A DNA stretch of 20,775 bases from Bdellovibrionota bacterium (GTDB lineage: Bacteria; Bdellovibrionota_C; UBA2361; OMIW01), in the NCBI GenBank assembly GCA_044345055.1, contig JBIJBT010000050.1, positions 1-20,775 on the forward strand, read 5' to 3'. The notes below the pieces were generated by a model that searched no databases, was not told the origin of the DNA, and was given only the letters and a program-made list of their open reading frames with translations. The position numbers and the translations under genes are program-made. Below are positions 8,287 to 16,085 of this stretch, one piece after another; position 1 is the first letter of the stretch; each line of letters begins with the position of its first letter.

Positions 8287-10167
8287 ATGAAAGTCCGCGT
8301 TCTCCCAGATTCTGTCGTTAATACTATCGCAGCGGGCGAGGTTGTTGAGCGTCCGGCTTCGGTCGTGCGAGAGATGTGCGATAATGCGCTTGATGCGGGA
8401 GCGTCAGAGATTGAGGTTTTTCTTGAGCAGGGTGGACGTTCACTGATTCGGATTGTTGATGATGGTTGTGGGATGGAGCGAGATGATGCGCTCCTCGCGC
8501 TGGAGCGTCACGCGACATCAAAAATTAGCTCAGCTGATGATTTGACTGACCTGACAACGCGAGGATTCCGTGGTGAGGCGATTCCATCGATAGCGGCGGT
8601 GAGTCGACTCGAGATTACAACCCGTACGAAGGATTCGCCGATTGGGACCCATTTAAGGGTTGATGCTGGGGTATTGCGGGTCGTCAAAGAGGTGCCCGCT
8701 CCGGTAGGAACAACCGTTTCGGTCCGTGGCCTTTTTTTTAACACTCCGGTGAGGCGACGGTTTATTCGATCTCCTGCGGTAGAGGAACAGCGGGTGTTGG
8801 GTTGGTTGTTACGGTTTGCTTATGGGGTTCCCGGAGTGCGACTCCGTTTTGTGAGTGATGGAAGGGAGCTTTTGAGCTTGCCGACCCACGTTGATTGCTT
8901 AGAGCGGGCGCGGTATCTGCTGAAGGGAGATATAAAAGCGATCGAGTATCAGATGGATGGGATCACGGTACGTGGTCTCGTTGGGCATCCGGGAACCGCT
9001 GCGGCCTCCGCAGAGTCGTGTGTTGCGCTCGTTAATGGTCGACCTGTCTCTGATCGGGGAATTTTTCGAGCGATTCGCGAAGGATTTCAAAATACCCTAA
9101 AAGATCGTGAAGTGCCTATCGCGGTGGTGCTTATCGAAATGGAGCCTGCATCTGTTGATGTAAATGTTCATCCGCAAAAGGCGGAGGTGCGATTTGCTGC
9201 GCCGCAGCGGGTTTGGGGAGTTGTACGCGAGGGGGTTGCGCGCGCGGTGACCGGTTTTGGGATGGTTTCTGCGCCTTCTTACAATAGTTTTTTATCAAAA
9301 CGGAGTGGTGATGTGGAGGTTACGGTCCACACACCGCAGGTCTCTTATGAATTAGCGGGAGGCGGTCAGTCGAATTTGGTAGCGAGTATGCCGCAGATGC
9401 TGGGAGCAGCAGCCGATAAGCCCGGGAGCTTACGTTCACCGATGGCGCAGCTTTTTGAGGGCGGGCCATCACGGATGGCTATAGAATCGGGGAATCTTGC
9501 GCAGCAGATATTTGATGAGCAACGTACATTTGATGAAAAACGAGTGGAGGCGGGGCCACGGTTCTCAGAGCTTCGATATATCGGCCAAGCGATGAGGTGT
9601 TATCTGCTTTGTGAACATGGAGGAAGCCTCTATGTTGTTGATATGCACGCCGCTCATGAAAGGATCAATTATAATACGATTCGTGCAGCTCTTCGGGGTC
9701 GTCCGATCGGAAGTCAGCAGTTGCTGTTTCCCGAGGTGATAACGGTTGGAGCTTTGGGTGTGCGACGATTGATTGAGCACCAGAATATTCTTGATAAGCT
9801 CGGATGTGCGGTTGAACAGTTTGGTCCAGAGGATGTTGCTGTTCGGGCTTTGCCTCCATTTATATCCCCAGCGCAGGCGAGGGCAGTTTTACTCGATATC
9901 GTTGAGTACTGCGGTGTCGACGATGACCGTGAAGTTTCGGCTGGGGCGGTTGATGCCATTTTGGGTGAGCGGCTCGACAGGCTTGCGGCCCGAATGGCGT
10001 GTCACGCGAGTATCCGGGGGGGGGATGAATTGTCGCGGGAGGCGGCCCTCGCGCTTCTATCTGCCCTTGACGACGAGCCTTTTGCGGGGGCATGTCCGCA
10101 CGGTCGGCCGGTTATCGCGCGATTTGGTAAGCGAGAGGTCGAGGCGTGGTTCGGGAGAGACCGATAG
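8287..10167 (+). CDS. mutL: DNA mismatch repair endonuclease MutL
   Basis: Motifs IAAGEVVERPASVV, DDGCGM, RHATSKI, GFRGEA, VDVNVHPQK.EV, DMHAAHER, QQLLFP clamp motif, ACH and CPHGRP. Confidence 0.97.
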   Translation: MKVRVLPDSVVNTIAAGEVVERPASVVREMCDNALDAGASEIEVFLEQGGRSLIRIVDDGCGMERDDALLALERHATSKISSADDLTDLTTRGFRGEAIPSIAAVSRLEITTRTKDSPIGTHLRVDAGVLRVVKEVPAPVGTTVSVRGLFFNTPVRRRFIRSPAVEEQRVLGWLLRFAYGVPGVRLRFVSDGRELLSLPTHVDCLERARYLLKGDIKAIEYQMDGITVRGLVGHPGTAAASAESCVALVNGRPVSDRGIFRAIREGFQNTLKDREVPIAVVLIEMEPASVDVNVHPQKAEVRFAAPQRVWGVVREGVARAVTGFGMVSAPSYNSFLSKRSGDVEVTVHTPQVSYELAGGGQSNLVASMPQMLGAAADKPGSLRSPMAQLFEGGPSRMAIESGNLAQQIFDEQRTFDEKRVEAGPRFSELRYIGQAMRCYLLCEHGGSLYVVDMHAAHERINYNTIRAALRGRPIGSQQLLFPEVITVGALGVRRLIEHQNILDKLGCAVEQFGPEDVAVRALPPFISPAQARAVLLDIVEYCGVDDDREVSAGAVDAILGERLDRLAARMACHASIRGGDELSREAALALLSALDDEPFAGACPHGRPVIARFGKREVEAWFGRDR

Positions 10168-10189
10168 AGAGCGATGATCGGAGTCTGAA

Positions 10190-11224
10190 TTGTCTGTGAA
10201 TATCCCCACTGCAAAAATTATTGCTGCAACATCATCATCATCACCGCCTCGAGTTTTGCTAGTGAGTGGTCCGACCGCAAGCGGAAAGAGTGGTGTGGCC
10301 GTTCTTTTGGCGCAACGGCTCGATGGTGAGGTGATCAATATCGATTCTGTGCAGATTTATCGGGGGGCTCGGATTGGAGCTGCTACGATAACCGAGGAGG
10401 AGATGGCGGGGGTGCCGCACCACCTTATCGAATTTCTAGATCCCGCCGAACCGTGGGACGTTAGGTGCATGGCCGATCGGGTCGGGCTCGTTGCTCAGGA
10501 GATTCGGGCGCGCGGGAAATTGCCGATTCTCGTTGGTGGTGGGGGAATGTATGTTTCGGCGCTCTTTGATGGCATCGCCAGGCTTCCGGCGAGAAATGAG
10601 GCGATTCGAGAAGAGTTGGAGGCTCGTGATGATGAAAGTCTTCATCGTGAGCTGCTAGAGCAGGATCCCATCAGAGCAGCGCAGCTTCATCCCAACGATC
10701 GCCTACGCGTTATTCGAGCTATCGAGGCGATTCGCGAGCGGGGCGCGCCAACTTCGCAGCTTTTTGGTGAGGCATTCCCGCCCTGGGTATCAGGGCTGAT
10801 GTTAGTGCTCTCGCCTCCACGTGATGCTCTCTATGACGCGATTAACTCTCGGGTCGTTGCGATGGTGGCGGCGGGCCTTGAGAATGAGGTGGCAGCGCTA
10901 CAAACATCGTCCCCCGCTGATGCGGTGTTATGGCGTGCGATAGGTTATTCTCATGCACGTGAATATCGGGATGGGTTGCTTTCTTTTGAGCAATTTCAAT
11001 CAGATATGCAACGAGATACCCGCCGATTTGCAAAACGGCAGACTACCTACTGGCGGAATGAACCCCGAAAACGGGGGTGGCACGAACTTTTACCCCCAAC
11101 AGATTGGACATGGATGGTGGATCGAGGCAGGATAGAGGCGCTTTGCGAGCAGTATCCGGTCGCTGTTATCCGGTTGCCGCTGATGGGTTCTGAGGTTGGA
11201 TCGATGCTAAGCGCTAATCGGTAG
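10190..11224 (+). CDS. miaA: tRNA dimethylallyltransferase
   Basis: Motifs GPTASGKS, DSVQIYRG, VPHHLI, HPNDRLRVIRAIE, AIGY and TRRFAKRQTTY. Conserved mutL-miaA order. Start codon uncertain. Confidence 0.95.
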   Translation: MSVNIPTAKIIAATSSSSPPRVLLVSGPTASGKSGVAVLLAQRLDGEVINIDSVQIYRGARIGAATITEEEMAGVPHHLIEFLDPAEPWDVRCMADRVGLVAQEIRARGKLPILVGGGGMYVSALFDGIARLPARNEAIREELEARDDESLHRELLEQDPIRAAQLHPNDRLRVIRAIEAIRERGAPTSQLFGEAFPPWVSGLMLVLSPPRDALYDAINSRVVAMVAAGLENEVAALQTSSPADAVLWRAIGYSHAREYRDGLLSFEQFQSDMQRDTRRFAKRQTTYWRNEPRKRGWHELLPPTDWTWMVDRGRIEALCEQYPVAVIRLPLMGSEVGSMLSANR

Positions 11225-11230
11225 TTAATT

Positions 11231-11524
11231 TAGTTGGCCCTGAAAAACCCCTCCATGGGTTTTTCAGGGCGGCTCCAAGCACACGAAATCGCTTTTAGCG
11301 CGATTTCGTGTGCGTCGCCCAAACGTCTATCGACGTTTGTCGGACCTTCGTGGTCCGGAGTGCTCCCTGAAAGTGCAACTTTCTGAGCAGCTATGCTCAG
11401 AAAGTTGCAAAATCTTGCTTTTAAAAATCGTATTTTTAAAAGCAAGATTAGGTAGTTATACTCTTTTTCAGGGAGCACTAGTTAGTCCTGAAAAATCGAT
11501 CTATCCGTTTTTCAGAACGGCTCC
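11231..11524. repeat. Composite palindromic element: two 46-bp hairpin direct repeats flanking nested inverted repeats (REP/REPIN- or MITE-like)
   Basis: Direct repeats 11231-11276 and 11479-11524 match at 36/46 positions without gaps. Perfect stems: 11237-11270 (14 bp), 11279-11313 (14 bp), 11320-11339 (8 bp), 11341-11357 (6 bp), 11374-11409 (16 bp), 11411-11449 (18 bp). Long-range inverted repeat 11359-11372 / 11466-11479 (14 bp). Confidence 0.9.
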
Positions 11525-11590
11525 TCTAACTCTTGAATTAGCCCGTTGCTGGCACTTTTTCTTGATTTCAATTTTGACAATAGGCCTGGT

Positions 11591-12574
11591 ATGACAACGA
11601 GTACTCACTATCTCGATTTCGAGCGACCTCTGATTGATCTGGAGATCGAGATCGAGCGGCTCAAGGATGAAATTCTGGGTGGTAATCTTGCTCTTCAAGA
11701 TCTCCACTCGAAGCGCGAGCGCGAGCTTGAGCAGAAGCGGCGCGATATTTATTCCAATCTTACTCCTCATCAACGGGTATTGCTCGCTCGTCACTTCGAT
11801 CGTCCATTCACCCTTGATTATGTTCGGTTCATGATGACCGATTTCGTCGAGCTTCATGGAGATCGGCTCTATCGGGATGACCCCGCGATAGTGGGAGGAT
11901 TAGCGCGACTAGGTGATTTCCCGATTGTCGTTGTCGGTCACCAACGTGGAAAGACAACAACTGAGCGGATCCGGCGCAATTTTGGTATGCCGCAGCCCGA
12001 TGGGTACCGCAAGGCGCTCCGGCTCTTTCGGCTCGCTGAAAAGTTCGGATTGCCCGTTATCTGTTTTATAGATACTCCGGGAGCATTTCCTGGGCTTGAG
12101 GCTGAGGAGCGGGGACAGGCAGAGGCGATTGCGCGAAACCTGCTCGAGCTCTCCGAACTTTCAGTGCCTACGGTGTCGGTCGTTATCGGAGAAGGGGGTA
12201 GTGGAGGAGCGCTGGCTCTTGGGCTCACTGATCGCATTTTGATGCTTGAAAATGCGTGTTATTCCGTTATATCGCCTGAGGGATGCGCATCGATACTGTG
12301 GAAGAAGTCTGGAGAAGATGCTGCTAAACTGCACGCAGCGACTGCGGCGGAGAATCTAAAACTGACATCGAAAGATCTCGAAAAATATGGCATCATCGAC
12401 GGGGTGATTCCTGAACCTTTGGGGGGTGCTCACGCAAATCACAAAGAGACCGCAGAAAATGTTCGAGAGGCTCTTCTAAGGACTTTGGAAGAGTTGAGCA
12501 AGCTCACGGTGCAAGAGCTTCTCGATGCGCGGTACAAAAAATATCGGGTAATGGGGCCGGTGACTGATAGTTGA
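11591..12574 (+). CDS. accA: Acetyl-CoA carboxylase carboxyltransferase alpha subunit
   Basis: Motifs YLDFERP, ELHGDR.YRDD.AIVGG, RNFGMPQPDGYRKALRL, IDTPGAFPG, GEGGSGGALA and YSVISPEGCASILW. Start placed at ATG 11591. Confidence 0.97.
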   Translation: MTTSTHYLDFERPLIDLEIEIERLKDEILGGNLALQDLHSKRERELEQKRRDIYSNLTPHQRVLLARHFDRPFTLDYVRFMMTDFVELHGDRLYRDDPAIVGGLARLGDFPIVVVGHQRGKTTTERIRRNFGMPQPDGYRKALRLFRLAEKFGLPVICFIDTPGAFPGLEAEERGQAEAIARNLLELSELSVPTVSVVIGEGGSGGALALGLTDRILMLENACYSVISPEGCASILWKKSGEDAAKLHAATAAENLKLTSKDLEKYGIIDGVIPEPLGGAHANHKETAENVREALLRTLEELSKLTVQELLDARYKKYRVMGPVTDS

Positions 12575-12662
12575 GAATTAGGGGTGATGGGATTCCGAAT
12601 ATGAAAGGAGTCCTCGAGCCTGCGGCTTGAGTTGGTGGTGTTTAAAAGATTATAGAGCAGCG

Positions 12663-12950
12663 ATGAGTAGCAAAGATTTTATTGAGTGGAATGGAGTTGT
12701 TAAAGAGTGTTATCCGAACACGACCTTTCGGATTGTGTGTGACAATGGACACGAGCTGCTCGGACATCTTTCTGGCAAAATGAGAAAGAACTACATCAAA
12801 GTGTTGCCGGGAGATGTCGTGATAGTTCAAATAAGCCCATACGATCTTGGGAAGGGGCGTATTGTGAAACGAGTAAGCGAGGCGAGTAGGGGGCGGGCTG
12901 GAGCTCCGAGTAATCCCTCTGACTCCTCGGGCGGAGGAAGCCGCTCGTAG
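12663..12950 (+). CDS. infA: Translation initiation factor IF-1 with C-terminal extension
   Basis: Motifs PNTTFRI, NGHELLGHLSGKMRKNYIKVLPGD and SPYDL.KGRI. Start placed at ATG 12663. Confidence 0.93.
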   Translation: MSSKDFIEWNGVVKECYPNTTFRIVCDNGHELLGHLSGKMRKNYIKVLPGDVVIVQISPYDLGKGRIVKRVSEASRGRAGAPSNPSDSSGGGSRS

Positions 12951-13038
12951 AGAATGGAACGTTGATGAATTCCTAGAGCAAAAAAGCTTTATGCATAAAA
13001 AGCATGAGCAAATCGATAATTCTCAATTAAGGTGAGGG

Positions 13039-13851
13039 GTGGGTGCGGCGATGGTACTGATCGTTGTCGGATGTACGCTCCTCGTGGGAGCAGCACTCCT
13101 TTTTCGGAGCGCAAAGAGGTGGTTTAGCTCGGTGATTTTGAGCGTCACAGCTCGGCTGGGCAAGTCAGACGAGGGGGGCACGCTTCGGCTCCTCTTCTCG
13201 TTGGCCAAGGGGTTCGGATGGTTGTTAGTCGTTCTGGTTATTCTTGCGACCCTTGGTGTTAATGTCACCGCGCTTCTCACTGGTCTTGGGATCGGTGGTA
13301 TCGCCGTTGCGCTCGCGGTGCAGTCGGTGCTCGGCGATCTTCTCGCCTCAATTGCAATAATACTCGACAAACCGTTTGTGGTGGGCGATTTTATAGTAGT
13401 GGGCGATGCTGCGGGGGTTGTTGAGGCGATAGGACTAAAAAATACTCGCTTAAGAGCTGTTACTGGCGAGATTTGTATCGTTCCGAATGCGGATCTGGTG
13501 AAGAGCCGGATTCGAAACTTTCAGCGTCTCGAGGATCGGCGAGTCGCAGTTACATTGCCGATTCAGGTCGGTGATTCGGTAGCGCTGCTTCGTCGAGTGC
13601 CCTCGTTAATTGGTGATGTGGTATCGACGGATTCTCGGTGGCGGTGCGAGCGGGTGTCGTGCGTTGAATGGGGAAAGAACGAGGCGACTTTTGAGGTTGT
13701 CCTCCATCTACGAGCGCCCGATTACGTGGCGTTTATAGAGGCAAAACATGAGCTCTTTACAACGTTGCAGGAACGGCTCTTTGGAGAAGGGATAACGTTG
13801 ACATCTGCAGCAAAGGTGAATTTCAGCGAGAAGATTGGAGCGGTTTTATAA
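13039..13851 (+). CDS. MscS-family small-conductance mechanosensitive channel
   Basis: Motifs LGIGGIAVALAVQSVLGDL, DKPFVVGDFI, GVVEAIGLKNTRLR and VPNADL. Confidence 0.93.
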   Translation: MGAAMVLIVVGCTLLVGAALLFRSAKRWFSSVILSVTARLGKSDEGGTLRLLFSLAKGFGWLLVVLVILATLGVNVTALLTGLGIGGIAVALAVQSVLGDLLASIAIILDKPFVVGDFIVVGDAAGVVEAIGLKNTRLRAVTGEICIVPNADLVKSRIRNFQRLEDRRVAVTLPIQVGDSVALLRRVPSLIGDVVSTDSRWRCERVSCVEWGKNEATFEVVLHLRAPDYVAFIEAKHELFTTLQERLFGEGITLTSAAKVNFSEKIGAVL

Positions 13852-13938
13852 GGCGCAGCGCAAAGATTAGGTGAGAGTTACGCTGAGGAAGTTACGCTAG
13901 AGCAGTTGTGCCAAAAAAGTGATGTGCGGAGGAGTAAA

Positions 13939-14340
13939 ATGGAGGTACGTCCACAAGCGATTCGTCGGATTGCGGGAGAGGGAGTCGAGGTGCAGTGGAG
14001 CGATTCGGTAACGCATCTCCTCACGAATGAATTACTTCGGCGGCAATGCCCGTGTGCGGAGTGTCGAGAGCTTCGGGGAGAGGGAGCTGGGCACGCTCGT
14101 CCTCTTACTCCGGTGTCAGTAGAGAAAAAAGGGAAATCTTCCCTCCTCAGGGTTGTAGAACATGAAAAGCAAGAAGAGCTGCAGCTTGAGAGAATTTGGG
14201 GGGTCGGAAACTACGCGATCGGAATGGTGTGGGGCGATGGTCACGACAGCGGTATCTACACGTATTACTATCTGCGGGAGCTGGGAGAGGAGATGCTTCC
14301 TCGTTCTGGTGATGATGGTCCTCGCGCTTGCGGGGTGTAG
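13939..14340 (+). CDS. DUF971 / GBBH-like N-terminal metal-binding domain protein
   Basis: Motifs WSD, LRRQCPCAEC and VGNYAI..VWGDGHDSGIY..YYLR. Strong GGAGGAG RBS before ATG 13939. Confidence 0.88.
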   Translation: MEVRPQAIRRIAGEGVEVQWSDSVTHLLTNELLRRQCPCAECRELRGEGAGHARPLTPVSVEKKGKSSLLRVVEHEKQEELQLERIWGVGNYAIGMVWGDGHDSGIYTYYYLRELGEEMLPRSGDDGPRACGV

Positions 14341-15055
14341 CCGAACACCGACCGCTCGCCCCTCTCGGGAGTCTATCCCAGGTACGATTCGAAATAGTTT
14401 TCATTTTGATCTACATCACCCCAAAAAAGGTGAAAGTCTTTCATCGCTTAGCCGTGATTTCGGAGTGCCGATCGGGGTTCTCTCATATATAAATGGTCTC
14501 CACGCGGACGATCGATTACCGAGGGGTAAAGCGATTAAGGTGCCGTTCTGGGAGGAGCTTTTTCGTGGGCCTCCGTTGCGGCCCGATATGCCGCAGCTAA
14601 TGTGGCCGGTGCTTGGGGGAGTCCTCACCTCGCCGTTTGGACCGCGATGGGGACGCCAGCACTCTGGTATCGATATCCGCGCAGCGGTTGGAGAGCCGAT
14701 ATTTGCGTCACATGGGGGTCGAGTGGTCTTTGTAGGGATCCAGGGTGGGTACGGGAATGTTGTCGAATTAGAGACACGCGAGTTGACGACCTTTTATGCG
14801 CACTTATCTCATGCGGTGGTTCGAAAAGGGCAGCGGGTGGCTCAGGGCGATCTTCTCGCCTTCGCGGGAGCCTCAGGGAATGTCACAGGCCCGCACTGTC
14901 ATTTCGAGGTCCGATTGCCGCATAATAGCACGGCGCGAGCGCCGATTGATCCAAGCGGGTTTTTCCCGCGAGGCCCACTGCTTGCTCGGGTGCCAGCAAA
15001 GCGTCCGGTGCGAAGTGCGCGTTTGGAGAAAGCCTCACGCCGCCGCGCTGGTTGA
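14237..15055 (+). CDS. LysM + M23 metallopeptidase lipoprotein (NlpD/MepM-like)
   Basis: LAGC lipobox. LysM-like region KGESLSSLSRDFGV...INGL. M23 motifs TSPFGPRWGRQHSGIDI (HxxxD), YAHL and TGPHCHFEV (HxH). Start uncertain; overlaps DUF971. Confidence 0.88.
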   Translation: MVTTAVSTRITICGSWERRCFLVLVMMVLALAGCSRTPTARPSRESIPGTIRNSFHFDLHHPKKGESLSSLSRDFGVPIGVLSYINGLHADDRLPRGKAIKVPFWEELFRGPPLRPDMPQLMWPVLGGVLTSPFGPRWGRQHSGIDIRAAVGEPIFASHGGRVVFVGIQGGYGNVVELETRELTTFYAHLSHAVVRKGQRVAQGDLLAFAGASGNVTGPHCHFEVRLPHNSTARAPIDPSGFFPRGPLLARVPAKRPVRSARLEKASRRRAG

Positions 15056-15129
15056 CAGAACATGACGTGGTAGCGAATACTCTCGAGTCTGCGTTGTTCG
15101 GAACCTAAAATACGAGCGCACGATCATCT

Positions 15130-15203
15130 GCCCCTGTAGCTCAGATGGATAGAGCACAGGTTTCCTAAACCTGGGGTCGCAAGTTCGAACCTTGCCGGGG
15201 GCG
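15130..15203 (+). tRNA. tRNA-Arg (anticodon CCT)
   Basis: Cloverleaf: acceptor GCCCCTG/CGGGGGC, D arm GCTC/GAGC, anticodon stem CAGGT/ACCTG with loop TT-CCT-AA, T arm GCAAG-TTCGAAC-CTTGC. 3' CCA is not encoded. Confidence 0.96.
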
Positions 15204-15235
15204 CATTTTTTCGTGAACCTAGCGCTGATATTCCG

Positions 15236-15904
15236 CTATTCTTGCTCGTGTTCTCGCAGTGAATCTGGAATCTCGCCGACCGTATTGAGAATAAGATGAG
15301 GCTTTGCCTTCTTGAGCAGCTCGTCAACGATCTTACCCGTCCGAACCGCAATAACTCCCCCAACACCCGCGGCGTGTGCCGATACCGAATCGGAAGGGTT
15401 GTCTCCTACCATAAAAGAGTCGCCCGCTGAAACTGCGGCGTGTTGGCACGCTGCTAGAATTTGTTCAGATTTATCACGCCAAGGAAGCGTTCGGCACGAG
15501 CGGGCAGTAATGCAATCTATCCATCGAAGAAGCCCCGTGTGGCGCAGATTCTCGCGGATTGAATCTGGAAGTTCTGCGCGCGCTGTGGCGATCGCGAGCT
15601 GAACTTTTCGGGTTGCTAGGTAGTCCAGAGTTTCTATTGCTCCCGGCAATAATCGCGCCGGCGGTTTCTGGTGATCCCGAAAATTCTCAACAAACGCCCG
15701 CTCAATAGCGATACGTTTTGCTTCGCCCGGAATGCAGCCAAATAGGTCATCGCGGCTGTGGTGCGAAGCCACAATCTCCTCTGTAATTTGATCGAGGCCA
15801 TGTTGCCTCACAATCCCGAGAAACTCCCGATAGAGAAACTCATGCTCGTAGTCGATAAGTGTTCCGTCGAGATCGAAGATAACAAGGGCAGGGAAAAAAG
15901 GCAT
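15236..15904 (-). CDS. HAD-superfamily hydrolase (phosphoglycolate phosphatase-like)
   Basis: Motif I FDLDGTLID, motif II ATAR, motif IV MVGDNPSD, and a C-terminal PHLILNTV.EI. Confidence 0.9.
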   Translation of the reverse strand: MPFFPALVIFDLDGTLIDYEHEFLYREFLGIVRQHGLDQITEEIVASHHSRDDLFGCIPGEAKRIAIERAFVENFRDHQKPPARLLPGAIETLDYLATRKVQLAIATARAELPDSIRENLRHTGLLRWIDCITARSCRTLPWRDKSEQILAACQHAAVSAGDSFMVGDNPSDSVSAHAAGVGGVIAVRTGKIVDELLKKAKPHLILNTVGEIPDSLREHEQE

Positions 15905-16085
15905 AAGAGTGTAGTAGGTAAGTAATTTTATAAGTCAGTTGAGTCGATTTCATCTTAACGGAAAAGAGGAAAAATTACGAATTTAGGCGGTGAGCCGAGG
16001 TAGTGCTTTTGGAGGGTGGTGAGGTTGATTCTTTATAGGTAAGGGGATAGCGTGGAGGGCTATTCGATTTTAACTTGTTGCTGTC

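Noticed and set aside
9510..9545. 18-bp-period duplication in mutL (FDEQRT/FDEKRV)
   Set aside because: An in-frame micro-duplication in the variable linker; ordinary.
11231..11524. CRISPR array interpretation of the two 46-bp palindromic repeats
   Set aside because: Only two copies, 78% identical, separated by a 202-nt self-palindromic spacer, and no cas genes in the window.
11550..11566. Sigma54 promoter (TGGCAC...) before accA
   Set aside because: No GC at the required -12 spacing.
11230..11594. ORFs 11230-11478 (-) and 11310-11594 (+)
   Set aside because: They run through the palindromic element, lack an RBS or recognisable motifs, and are likely chance ORFs.
15130..15235. tRNA-Arg as an island integration site
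   Set aside because: No integrase, no duplicated tRNA 3' end seen, and the flanking genes are housekeeping.
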